A DNA stretch of 62,655 nucleotides from positions 698-63,352 of the forward strand of contig JAOZRW010000009.1 in the NCBI GenBank assembly GCA_029939995.1. Direction: 5' to 3'. Below, one piece after another: positions 48,443-61,434 of this stretch (the stretch's first letter is position 1; each line of letters opens with the position of its first letter). The notes below the pieces were generated by a model that was not told the origin of the DNA, ran no database searches, and saw nothing but the letters and a program-made list of their open reading frames with translations. The position numbers and the translations under genes were made by a program. The stretch is from Acidimicrobiia bacterium (lineage in GTDB: Bacteria > Actinomycetota > Acidimicrobiia > Spongiisociales > UBA5794).

Positions 48443-49984
48443 ATGCCCGACACAGATCAAAGGAACGACACGCCGGCGATCGAGCTTCGGAACATCGACA
48501 AGTCCTTCTACGGCGTGTTCGCCAATGCCGATGTGAATTTCAGTCTCGCCAAGGGCGAGGTGCATACGCTCCTCGGTGAGAACGGTGCGGGCAAGTCGAC
48601 GCTGTGCTCGGTGATGGCCGGCCTGTATCGACCCGACTCGGGGGAGATGCTGTTCGACGGGAAGCCGACGGTGTTCAAGTCTCCGAAGGATGCCCTCGCC
48701 GCCGGTGTCGGCATGGTCTATCAGCACTTTCGTCTCGTTGCGAACCTGACGGTTGCCGAGAACCTCGCGCTCGGGAACCCGGAGGTCGGACTGCGGCTCT
48801 CCCAGAGCGAACTCGAGGCGGAGGCGAAGGAGCTCGGTGAACGGTACGACTTCCCCGTCGACCCCTCCGCCCGCATCTGGCAACTCTCGGTCGGCCAGCA
48901 GCAGCGTGTCGAGATCCTCAAGCTGCTCTATCGCGACGCCAAGATCCTCATCCTCGACGAGCCGACGGCGGTGCTCACGCCGCAAGAGGGCGAATCCCTG
49001 TTCCGGGCGATGCGCATGCTCGCCGACGAAGGCCGTTCCCTGATCTTCGTGTCGCACAAACTTCACGAGGTCAAAGCGGTGTCGGACCGGGTGACGGTAC
49101 TCCGGGAAGGCCGCGTCGTCGGCGCGGTGGACACGGTCGACGCCGAGCCGCGGGACCTCGCGAGGATGATGGTCGGCAAAGACCTCGTCCTCCCGACGCG
49201 CAAGCCCAACGAGTCCGTCGGAGACGAAGTGCTCGTGATCAAGGACCTCGTGGTCGAAGACGACCGCGGGCTCGACGCCGTGGACGGACTGTCGATCACC
49301 GTGAACGCAGGCGAGGTGGTCGGCATCGCCGGCGTGTCGGGCAACGGCCAGAGGGAACTCGCCCAGGGCATCGTCGGCCTCATGAAAGTGAAATCCGGTT
49401 CCGTGTATCTCGACGGGACCGACGTGACGAAGATGAGCGTTCTGGCCAAGATCAAGCGCGGCATCGCGTACGTTCCGCAGAGCCGTCTCGGCATGGGTCT
49501 CGCCCCGGGTCTGACGACCGAGGACAATCTGGCGCTCAAGCAGTACCGCGAACCCCCGTACTCCAAGGGACCTCTCCTCTCCGCGGCGGCGTTCAAGCAG
49601 AAGGGTGCCGAACTCATCGAGCAGTTCGACGTGCGGGGCGTCCGCCCCGGGCTCCCCATCCGCCTGCTCTCGGGGGGGAACCTCCAGAAGGCGCTCATCG
49701 CCCGGGAAGTGGTTCAGGACCACTCTCTGCTCATCGCCCGATCTCCGACCCGCGGTCTGGACGTCGGGGCGACGGCCACCGTCCGCGATCACATCCTCGC
49801 CGAGCGCGACCGGGGCATCGCCGTGCTGCTGATCTCGGAAGATCTCGACGAGCTGCTGGCGCTCTCCGACCGGCTCGTCGTGATCTACGAGGGCAGGATC
49901 GTCGGTGAGATGCTGGCATCGGAGGCGACGGCCGAGCGTCTCGGACTGCTCATGTCCGGACACCAGGAGGATCAGCCAGCATGA
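48443..49984 (+). CDS. Nucleoside ABC transporter ATPase (two ABC domains)
   Basis: GENGAGKST, LSVGQQQ, LDEPT and LSGGNLQK. Confidence 0.93.
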   Translation: MPDTDQRNDTPAIELRNIDKSFYGVFANADVNFSLAKGEVHTLLGENGAGKSTLCSVMAGLYRPDSGEMLFDGKPTVFKSPKDALAAGVGMVYQHFRLVANLTVAENLALGNPEVGLRLSQSELEAEAKELGERYDFPVDPSARIWQLSVGQQQRVEILKLLYRDAKILILDEPTAVLTPQEGESLFRAMRMLADEGRSLIFVSHKLHEVKAVSDRVTVLREGRVVGAVDTVDAEPRDLARMMVGKDLVLPTRKPNESVGDEVLVIKDLVVEDDRGLDAVDGLSITVNAGEVVGIAGVSGNGQRELAQGIVGLMKVKSGSVYLDGTDVTKMSVLAKIKRGIAYVPQSRLGMGLAPGLTTEDNLALKQYREPPYSKGPLLSAAAFKQKGAELIEQFDVRGVRPGLPIRLLSGGNLQKALIAREVVQDHSLLIARSPTRGLDVGATATVRDHILAERDRGIAVLLISEDLDELLALSDRLVVIYEGRIVGEMLASEATAERLGLLMSGHQEDQPA

Positions 49985-51102
49985 GCCGCCGCATCATCAT
50001 CGTCGAACCCCGCGGTCTCGCTCCCTGGTGGCTCAAGCTGCTGATCCCGATCGCATCCGTCGTCGCCGCCCTCGCGCTCGGAGCCCTGTTCCTGATGTTG
50101 ACGGGGAACGACTGGATCGAGGTCTACGCGAAGATGACCGACGCGGCCTTCGGGTCGGGACGGGGATTCGCGGAAACGCTCGTTTCGGCGACGCCGCTCA
50201 TTCTCACCGGTGTCGCGGCAGCGATCGCCTTCAAGATGCTGGTCTGGAACATCGGCGGTGAGGGGCAGCTGATGGTCGGAGCGATCGCCGCTGCAGGGGT
50301 GGGGATCTGGCTCGGCGGCGGCACGCCGCCGATCATCGCCATCACGGCCGTCGTGCTCGCCGGTGCGATCGGCGGGGCGTTCTGGGCATCCCTCTCCGCC
50401 GTGCCGAAGGTCTACCTCGGAACCAACGAGATCATCACGACGCTGATGCTCAACTTCATCGCGCTCAACCTGATGCAGTACCTGGTTCTCGGGAGCTTCA
50501 GCCCGTGGCGGGATCCGGAGGCGACCCAGTTCCCGCAGGGGCGGCCGATCATCGACTCGGCACGCATCCCCGAGTTCTTCCACCGACTGGATTGGGGTCT
50601 CTTCATAGCGGTCTTCGTCGCCATCCTCGCCTGGTTCGTGATCAGCAAGACGAGAACCGGCTTCGAGTACCGCATCGTCGGCGACTCCTTCAACACCGCG
50701 CGGTACGCGGGGATCCGGGTCCCGAAGAAGGTGCTCGGAACATTCCTCCTGTCCGGGGCGTCCGCAGGACTCGCCGGCTCGATCCTGGTCGCAGGGATCC
50801 TCGGCAAGATGGATCCGAGATCGCTCGATCTCGGACTCGGATTCACCGGCATCATCGTGGCGGCACTCGCACGGCTCAACCCGATCGCCATCATCCCCGT
50901 AGCGATCCTGATGGGGGCGCTCAACAACGCCGGTCCGGCGCTCCAGTCGATCGGGGTCCCGACGGCCACCGTCAAGATCCTGCAGGGTGCGATCCTGATT
51001 TTCGCCGTGGCCGGCGAGTTCCTGATCGGGAACCGATTCCGACGGCCGCGTGAATCCGTCGACGAAACGCCGGAACCGGCCAAGGAGGCGAGCGCAGCAT
51101 GA
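49981..51102 (+). CDS. Nucleoside ABC transporter permease
   Basis: WNIGGEGQ, NEIITTLMLN and GFTGIIVA; multiple TM helices. Confidence 0.9.
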   Translation: MSRRIIIVEPRGLAPWWLKLLIPIASVVAALALGALFLMLTGNDWIEVYAKMTDAAFGSGRGFAETLVSATPLILTGVAAAIAFKMLVWNIGGEGQLMVGAIAAAGVGIWLGGGTPPIIAITAVVLAGAIGGAFWASLSAVPKVYLGTNEIITTLMLNFIALNLMQYLVLGSFSPWRDPEATQFPQGRPIIDSARIPEFFHRLDWGLFIAVFVAILAWFVISKTRTGFEYRIVGDSFNTARYAGIRVPKKVLGTFLLSGASAGLAGSILVAGILGKMDPRSLDLGLGFTGIIVAALARLNPIAIIPVAILMGALNNAGPALQSIGVPTATVKILQGAILIFAVAGEFLIGNRFRRPRESVDETPEPAKEASAA

Positions 51103-52043
51103 ACGACTCTGTTCTGATGCTCACGGTCATGGCGGCCATCGGCCTCGGCACGCCGATCGTCTTCGCCACGGTGGGTGAGATCCTCGCCGAGCGTTCGGGC
51201 ATCCTCAACCTGGGTGTGCAGGGCATGATGCTCTTCGGAGCCGTCATGGGATTCTGGGCGACGTTCCAGACGGGGAGCCTCTGGCTCGGTGTGCTCCTCG
51301 CGGTGATCGCCGGTGCCGCCATCTCGGTGATCCATGCCTTCAACTCGGTGACGTTGCGCGTCAGCCAGATCGTCTCGGGATTGGCCCTGACGATCTTCGG
51401 AACAGGCGTGGCGATCTTCATCGGACGAGCAGGTTCCAGTCCGCTGGTCGGTCGCCCGTCGCGCGAGATCTTCGAACCGATCTTCCCCCAGTCGTTCGCC
51501 GACATCCCGCTGGTCGGGCCGTTGATCTTCGGGCACGACGCTCTGGTCTACCTCTCCTGGGTCATCGTCGCCATCGCGAGTTACTACCTGTTCCACACTC
51601 GCCCCGGTCTGACCGTGCGAGCCGTGGGAGAGGACCCGGCGAGCGCCGAGGCTGCTGGGATCAACGTGTCGCGGGTGCGGTACATCCACGTGATGCTCGG
51701 CGGAGCGCTCGCGGGGCTCGGCGGAGCGTACTTCTCCCTCGCCCTGGTTCCGTCGTGGCAGGACAATCCGATCGGATCGGCGGGGTGGATCGCGATCGCC
51801 CTCGTGATCCTCGCATCGTGGAGACCCTGGCGGGCCCTGTGGGTCGCGTATCTGTTCGGTGCGGCCGGGCGTGTGAATTTCACGTTCCAGACGCTCGAGA
51901 TCAACATCCCCTCGAACCTCCTCGCGATGCTTCCGTTCCTCCTCGCGATCATCGCCATGCTCATCCTCGCAAGTGGGAAGCGTGCGCGGCTCCTCGGATC
52001 ACCGGAGGCTCTGGGAGTCCCGTATTACAGGGAAGAGCGCTGA
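51099..52043 (+). CDS. Nucleoside ABC transporter permease
   Basis: ERSGILNLG, AVGEDP and GWIAIA. Confidence 0.9.
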   Translation: MNDSVLMLTVMAAIGLGTPIVFATVGEILAERSGILNLGVQGMMLFGAVMGFWATFQTGSLWLGVLLAVIAGAAISVIHAFNSVTLRVSQIVSGLALTIFGTGVAIFIGRAGSSPLVGRPSREIFEPIFPQSFADIPLVGPLIFGHDALVYLSWVIVAIASYYLFHTRPGLTVRAVGEDPASAEAAGINVSRVRYIHVMLGGALAGLGGAYFSLALVPSWQDNPIGSAGWIAIALVILASWRPWRALWVAYLFGAAGRVNFTFQTLEINIPSNLLAMLPFLLAIIAMLILASGKRARLLGSPEALGVPYYREER

Positions 52044-52050
52044 CCCGCTC

Positions 52051-52842
52051 GTGTCCTGGACGCTGCTGACCAACGACGACGGCATCGACAGCCCTGCGCT
52101 GGCCCCGTTCTCCGACGAGCTCTCGGCGCTCGGAAGCGTCCGTGCGGTCGTCCCCGACCGGGAACGGTCCTGGATCGGCAAGGCCATCACGCGGTTCGAC
52201 CCGATCACGGTCGAGAGCGTCGACCTGGACGGGGGATCCGCGTGGACCTGCACCGGGTTCCCGGCGGACGCCGTACAGGTGGGCATCCACGGGATCTTCG
52301 ACGAGCCCCCCGCACTCGTCGTCTCCGGGATCAACATCGGATACAACCACGGTACGGCCTTCTTGATGTCTTCCGGCACGATCGGCGCCGCGGTCGAGGG
52401 GTGGGTCTCCGGCGTTCCCTCGATCGCCATCTCGACGGGGACGGTCGGCGATTGGATGGCCTGGAAGGGCAGGGTGATGGACCCGTCCGCCGCAGCGGAC
52501 TGGCGACGGATCGCCGCCGTCGGCGCCGTCGTCATCGCGGACGTCGAAGCATCCGGGATCCTGGAGATCGCAGACGTCGTCTCGATCAACCTGCCGTTCG
52601 AAGCAACGGTCGAGACGCCGAGACGGATCACGACCGTCGCACGGGTCGGATACGACCGCCTGTTCGACCACACCGGGGGCGGCGTGTACACGCACGACTT
52701 CGGGGGGAGTTTCGTCGAATTCGGTGCGATCGGGGGAACCGACATCGGCGCGGCCCGCGACGGTGCCATCTCGATCACGCCGTTGCTCATGCCCGCCGCC
52801 GCACCGGTGCCCGACGACGTGCGAGCCCGGCTCGAGTACTGA
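52051..52842 (+). CDS. surE: 5'/3'-nucleotidase SurE
   Basis: LLTNDDG, GFPAD, VSGINIG, SGTIGAA and ISITPL. Confidence 0.88.
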   Translation: MSWTLLTNDDGIDSPALAPFSDELSALGSVRAVVPDRERSWIGKAITRFDPITVESVDLDGGSAWTCTGFPADAVQVGIHGIFDEPPALVVSGINIGYNHGTAFLMSSGTIGAAVEGWVSGVPSIAISTGTVGDWMAWKGRVMDPSAAADWRRIAAVGAVVIADVEASGILEIADVVSINLPFEATVETPRRITTVARVGYDRLFDHTGGGVYTHDFGGSFVEFGAIGGTDIGAARDGAISITPLLMPAAAPVPDDVRARLEY

Positions 52843-52899
52843 CGCCGTGTCTGCTGTACGAGCAGCGAATCGACGCCGCCGGCCATAGTCTGACGGTCC

Positions 52900-56634
<3,735 letters not shown>

Positions 56635-56766
56635 CCGCTCTCCCCGACCCGTGGGTTCCCAGCGCGCCTATGTCCGCCTACGAGCCCTGGGTTCGCAAGG
56701 GTGGGGGAATGCAGGGACCGGATTGTGCATTGAACCGGGACAGAACCACCGATCGGAGCCCGCACC

Positions 56767-57585
56767 ATGACCGCGTTTCCCACGCTTCCCGAAGACCGAC
56801 AAGCCACGCTCGACACGATGCACGCGTATGCGCTCGCCGTAGCGACGCTGCCCCGGATCCACGCGGTACCGCATCCGCGGTGGTGGCACATCTCCCTGAA
56901 GGTCCGGCCCGACGGCCTGGTCACCGAAGCGATGCCGCTGGCAGACGGCGGCGCGGCGTTCATCCGCATCGACCCCAGGCGGCACGAGGTCGTCCTCGAG
57001 ACGTCGAGCGGCGAGCGGCGGGCGTTCCCGATGAACGCCGGGCTCACCGCTTCGGAGATGGGGGAGGCCCTCATCGCCGCGGGAGCCGAGTTCGGACTCG
57101 ACGGGGCCTACGACCGGTCGAAGTTCCAGAACGACGAGCAGCGAGCATACGACGAAGGGCATGCATCGAGGATCTTCGAGGCGTTCGTCACCGCAGACGG
57201 TGCGATCGCGGCGCACCGGAACCGCATCGACGGCCTCGTCGGGCCGATCCAGCTGTGGCCCCACGGCTTCGATCTCGCGTTCGAGTGGTTCGGGACACGC
57301 ACCGAACCCTTCGAAGAGGACGGGGTGACGACGGAACTCCCCTCACAGATCAATCTCGGGTTCTACCCGGCCGGAGACGCCTACTTCTACTCGAACCCGT
57401 GGCCCTTCGACGCCGACGATCTCCTCACCGTTCAACTCCCGTCGGGAGCGCGTTGGAACACCGAGGGATGGCAGGGCTCGATGCTCGCATACGACGACGT
57501 CGCGGGGTCATCCGACGGTGTCGAGCGCTTCCTCGCATACGCGGGGGCCGTCTTCGACGCCGCCTCGCCGCTCCTCACGCGTTGA
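56767..57585 (+). CDS. Hypothetical protein, DUF5996-like
   Basis: WWHISL, PIQLWPHGFDLA and NLGFYP..AYFYSNPWP resemble my recollection of DUF5996. Confidence 0.6.
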   Translation: MTAFPTLPEDRQATLDTMHAYALAVATLPRIHAVPHPRWWHISLKVRPDGLVTEAMPLADGGAAFIRIDPRRHEVVLETSSGERRAFPMNAGLTASEMGEALIAAGAEFGLDGAYDRSKFQNDEQRAYDEGHASRIFEAFVTADGAIAAHRNRIDGLVGPIQLWPHGFDLAFEWFGTRTEPFEEDGVTTELPSQINLGFYPAGDAYFYSNPWPFDADDLLTVQLPSGARWNTEGWQGSMLAYDDVAGSSDGVERFLAYAGAVFDAASPLLTR

Positions 57586-57611
57586 GGGAGGGCCCCATCG
57601 GGCCCTCCCTC
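57584..57611. terminator. Bidirectional terminator hairpin between convergent genes
   Basis: GAGGGAGGGCCC-CATC-GGGCCCTCCCTC, a 12-bp stem. Confidence 0.75.
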
Positions 57612-57628
57612 GGACGAGCGTACCGGCG

Positions 57629-57898
57629 TCAGCTGGTCGACTGCTCGGAAGCTCGCTGCCGGAGCCAGTCGAGTTGGGAAGCGACGTCGGCGGTCATCTC
57701 CTCGAGGTCCCGCTGGACCTCCTCGAGATATTCGATCCGCTCCCGGGTCGAGGGACGTCCGAAGGCGCCGCCGCCGTACCCGAAGTGGTGAAGGCCGAGG
57801 CCGGCTCCGCGGAAGCCGCGTCGCGGACCGTCGAAGTCGTCGAAATCGTTCCAGCCGCGGCCCATTCCGTACCCGCGTCTGCGTCCGTGGTGTCTCAT
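57629..57898 (-). CDS. Small Arg/Gly-rich protein with a C-terminal coiled coil (DUF5320-like)
   Basis: AAAGGAG RBS, ATGA overlap with padR, RG/aromatic-rich N-half and the helix RIEYLEEVQRDLEEMTADV. Confidence 0.7.
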   Translation of the reverse strand: MRHHGRRRGYGMGRGWNDFDDFDGPRRGFRGAGLGLHHFGYGGGAFGRPSTRERIEYLEEVQRDLEEMTADVASQLDWLRQRASEQSTS

Positions 57899-58320
57899 GT
57901 TTCTCCTTTCGATGTGTCGCCGTACTCGTCGAGGAACGCGGCGATCGTGCTCTCAGCGGACCGAAGCGAGGTGAGCCAGGCGTCGAGGAGCTGTGCTCCG
58001 TCGTCGGTCAGCTCGTACATGCGCTTCGCCCGGCCCGGCTCGTTCTCCGTCCAGTTCGACCGGACGATGCCGTCATCTTCCATGGAACGGAGCATCCGGT
58101 ACAGGTTCCCCAGGTCGATCCGCTCTTCGGGTATCCAGGAGCGGAGGAACTCGGCGAGGTCGTAGCCGTGGGCCGGCCCGTCGCGAAGGGCTGCGAGGAC
58201 GACGGGCTCGCTGAACCGCTCGAGGCGTGCCCCGACCGTCCAGGTCCCCTCGCCGCTGCGCCGGCGCGTCCGTGCGGCGCCCCGTCTGCGGCCGTGATGA
58301 TGTGGTCCGTGTGGTCCCAT
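57895..58320 (-). CDS. PadR-family transcriptional regulator with a His/Arg-rich N-terminus
   Basis: GPAHGYDL, GNLYRMLRSMEDDG and KRMYELTDDG. Confidence 0.9.
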   Translation of the reverse strand: MGPHGPHHHGRRRGAARTRRRSGEGTWTVGARLERFSEPVVLAALRDGPAHGYDLAEFLRSWIPEERIDLGNLYRMLRSMEDDGIVRSNWTENEPGRAKRMYELTDDGAQLLDAWLTSLRSAESTIAAFLDEYGDTSKGET

Positions 58321-58326
58321 ACCGAC

Positions 58327-58361
58327 AGTATATGTATGTCACATAGTAATGTCAATAACAT
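58327..58361 (-). promoter_or_regulatory. Consensus sigma70 promoter of leaderless padR, overlapped by two ATGT-N5-ACAT palindromes
   Basis: Minus strand reads TTGACA (58355-58350), N17, TATACT (58332-58327), N6, ATG. Palindromes lie at 58332-58344 and 58349-58361. Confidence 0.75.
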
Positions 58362-58434
58362 ATAGATGTAGGAAACACTGCGGCCTTCGGGACGATCACC
58401 GTTCCCGCTACCCTCCGGATGAGGAGGAAGATTC

Positions 58435-59046
58435 ATGGCATTTCCCGAACCGTTCTACCGCTGGCGGCCACACCCGTGGCACGGACTCGAGACGGGCCCC
58501 GATGCACCCGGTGTGGTCACCGCCTTCATCGAGATCTCCCCGTTCGACTTCGTGAAGTACGAGGTCGAGAAGCGAACCGGATTCCTGAAGGTCGACCGGC
58601 CGCAACGGGGGAGCAGTTCCCCTCCCACGCTCTACGGCCTCATCCCGAGGACGTACTGCGCGGAACGCGTGGCCGCGATGTCACCCGAGGTGGCCGTCGC
58701 AGACGGGGATCCCCTCGACATCTGTGTGATCTCCGAGCGCGCCATCGATCGATCCGAGATCATGCTCAGCGCGAGGGTCGTGGGGGGTCTGCGGATGCTC
58801 GACCACGGTGAGGCGGACGACAAGATCGTCGCCGTGCTGCTCGACGACGCCGTGTTCGGCGAGGCGATCGACATCTCCGACATCCCGAAGCCGCTCATCG
58901 ACCGACTCGAGCACTACTTCCTCACCTACAAGACCATGCCCGGCGAGGAACATCTGGTCCAGATCCCCGAGATCTACGGACGGGAGCATGCCGTCGGCGT
59001 CGTAGCCGCCGCCATGCACGACTACGAAGACCACTACGGGGGATAG
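58435..59046 (+). CDS. ppa: Family I inorganic pyrophosphatase
   Basis: HPWH, KYE, DR, YGLIPRT, DGDPLD and DDKI. Confidence 0.93.
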   Translation: MAFPEPFYRWRPHPWHGLETGPDAPGVVTAFIEISPFDFVKYEVEKRTGFLKVDRPQRGSSSPPTLYGLIPRTYCAERVAAMSPEVAVADGDPLDICVISERAIDRSEIMLSARVVGGLRMLDHGEADDKIVAVLLDDAVFGEAIDISDIPKPLIDRLEHYFLTYKTMPGEEHLVQIPEIYGREHAVGVVAAAMHDYEDHYGG

Positions 59047-59073
59047 ATCGACATCGGCGAAGGATCGAAGCAG

Positions 59074-61434
59074 ATGGCACCGGTCGGGCTGACGTCCGCC
59101 GAAGTGCAAGAACGCGTTGCCGCGGGCAAGGTCAACGTGGTCGAGTCACGCGGGTCCCGCTCCGTCGCCGACATCCTTCGTACGAATCTCCTGACCAGGT
59201 TCAACGCCATCATGTCCGTGATGCTCGCGATCGTGCTGGTGTTCGGGCATCTTCCCGACGCGCTGTTCGGTCTCGTCATGATCGCCAACGCCGTCATCGG
59301 CATCGTCCAGGAGCTCCGGGCGAAGTACACGCTCGACAAGCTCCGGGTACTCGTCATCCCGAACGTGACGGTGATACGCGACGGGGCCGAGCGAGAGATC
59401 CCGATGGACGAGATCGTGCTCGACGACGTGGTTGAGGTATCCACCGGCGATCAGATCCCCGCCGACGGCATCGTCATCGACACCCGCGGGGTTCAGGTCG
59501 ACGAGTCGCTGCTGACCGGCGAGGCCGACCCCGTCCACAAGGACGTCGGGGATCAGATCCTCTCCGGGTCGTTCGTGGTCGCCGGCTCGGCGATGGCGAG
59601 AATCACCGCCGTCGGTGACGACTCATACGCTCAACACCTCGCGGCCGAAGCGAGAGAGTTCACGCTCACGAAGAGCGCGCTCCGTGAAGGCATCGACAGC
59701 ATTCTCAGGGTGGTCACCTGGATTCTCGTGCCGATCGCGGCCCTTCTCCTATGGAGCCAGTTCCGTGCGGGGCATTCGATCGGTGATGCGCTGGTGTCGA
59801 CGGTGGCCGGCGTCGTGGGCATGGTGCCGCAGGGACTGGTCCTCCTCGTGTCGATGGCCCTCGCCGTTGCCGTCATCCGGCTCGGGCAACGGAGGGCGCT
59901 CGTGCAGGAACTCCCGGCCGTCGAGACGCTCGCCAGGGTCGACGTGGTCTGCGCCGACAAGACCGGGACGCTCACCACCGGATCGATTCGTCACCGCGAC
60001 ACGGTTCCGATCGGAGACCACGACGCCGACGATCTCGCTGAGGCTCTCGCCGCCATGGCCGCGGCCGATCCCCACCCGAATCCGACGATGCAGGGAATCG
60101 CCGACGTGTATCAGGAGCCGCCGGAGTGGGGCGTTGAAGCGTTCCGACCGTTCTCGTCGGCGACGAAGTTCTCCGCGGTGCGTTTCGACGACGGGAGGAC
60201 GTGGGTCATCGGAGCTCCCGAGATCGTGCTCGGCCGATCTCACCCAGACGTGCTCGAGCACCTGAGGAGCGTGGCCTCGAGCGGTGACCGGGTTCTCGTC
60301 GTAGCGGTGACCGGGGAGCCGATTCCCGAGGACGAGCACGTTCTTCCCGCCAACCTGGAGCCGTTCGGGTACGTGACGTTCGCCGAGGAGATCCGCGACG
60401 ACGCCCCGGAGACGATCGGGTACTTCGTCGACCAGCACGTGACGCTGAAGGTGATCTCCGGAGACTCCGACGCGACGGTGGGAGCCATCGCAACCGGAGT
60501 CGGCGTACCGAACGCGGATCGGAGCATCGACGCCCGGACGCTTCCCCCCGAGGGATCCGCCGGGTTCACCGCAGCAGTCAACGACGACGCCGTCTTCGGC
60601 CGTGTCACCCCGGATCAGAAGAGGTCGATGGTCGTCGCGCTCCAGGACGAGGGGCACACGGTCGCAATGACGGGCGACGGCGTGAACGACGTGCTCGCCC
60701 TCAAGAAGGCGGACATCGGGATCGCGATGGGGTCGGGCGCCCCGGCTACGAGAGCCGTCGCTCAGATCGTCCTGCTCGACAACCGGTTCGCATCACTCCC
60801 ATACGTCGTGGCCGAGGGCCGTCGGGTGATCGCCAACATGGAGAGGGTCGCTTCGCTGTTCGTCTCCAAGACCGTGTACGCGGCCATCCTCGCCGTCGCC
60901 ATCGGTTTCGCCGGCTGGTCGTTTCCGCTGCTGCCACGCCATCTCACGCTGATCGGGTCGCTCACGATCGGGATTCCCGCATTCTTCCTCTCCTTCGAAT
61001 CCACCGACGAGCCGGTCCGGGAAGGTGCCTTCAGACGGGTCATGCGGTTCGCGATACCGTCCGGCGTCATCGCCGCCACGGCGGCGTACGGCGTCTACGC
61101 CGCCGCGGGCGCGCTCGCACGAGATCCGATCGTCGACCGCAGCGCGACGACGATCACGATGGTGCTCGTCGGCCTCTGGATCCTCATCGAACTCATCAGC
61201 CCGTTGACGCCCAAGCGGGCGGCCCTCGTCGGTTCGATGTTCGCGCTGTTCACCGTCGTGCTGGTCGTACCCTTCGGACGGGAGTTCTTCCACCTCGTGA
61301 TCCCGCCGATCGAGATCATCGGCGTGATCCTGGGAGCGGCGCTGGCAGCCGGTTTCGCGTTGCACCATGCGCTACGTTTGATGGACCATCACGGCGGCGA
61401 CTGGGTGCCGTGGCTCAAGGAGACCGGGGAGTAG
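59074..61434 (+). CDS. P-type ATPase, CtpE-like
   Basis: DESLLTGE, DKTGTLT, ISGD, MTGDGVND and TIGIPAFFL; the M4 motif is PQGL. Confidence 0.9.
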   Translation: MAPVGLTSAEVQERVAAGKVNVVESRGSRSVADILRTNLLTRFNAIMSVMLAIVLVFGHLPDALFGLVMIANAVIGIVQELRAKYTLDKLRVLVIPNVTVIRDGAEREIPMDEIVLDDVVEVSTGDQIPADGIVIDTRGVQVDESLLTGEADPVHKDVGDQILSGSFVVAGSAMARITAVGDDSYAQHLAAEAREFTLTKSALREGIDSILRVVTWILVPIAALLLWSQFRAGHSIGDALVSTVAGVVGMVPQGLVLLVSMALAVAVIRLGQRRALVQELPAVETLARVDVVCADKTGTLTTGSIRHRDTVPIGDHDADDLAEALAAMAAADPHPNPTMQGIADVYQEPPEWGVEAFRPFSSATKFSAVRFDDGRTWVIGAPEIVLGRSHPDVLEHLRSVASSGDRVLVVAVTGEPIPEDEHVLPANLEPFGYVTFAEEIRDDAPETIGYFVDQHVTLKVISGDSDATVGAIATGVGVPNADRSIDARTLPPEGSAGFTAAVNDDAVFGRVTPDQKRSMVVALQDEGHTVAMTGDGVNDVLALKKADIGIAMGSGAPATRAVAQIVLLDNRFASLPYVVAEGRRVIANMERVASLFVSKTVYAAILAVAIGFAGWSFPLLPRHLTLIGSLTIGIPAFFLSFESTDEPVREGAFRRVMRFAIPSGVIAATAAYGVYAAAGALARDPIVDRSATTITMVLVGLWILIELISPLTPKRAALVGSMFALFTVVLVVPFGREFFHLVIPPIEIIGVILGAALAAGFALHHALRLMDHHGGDWVPWLKETGE

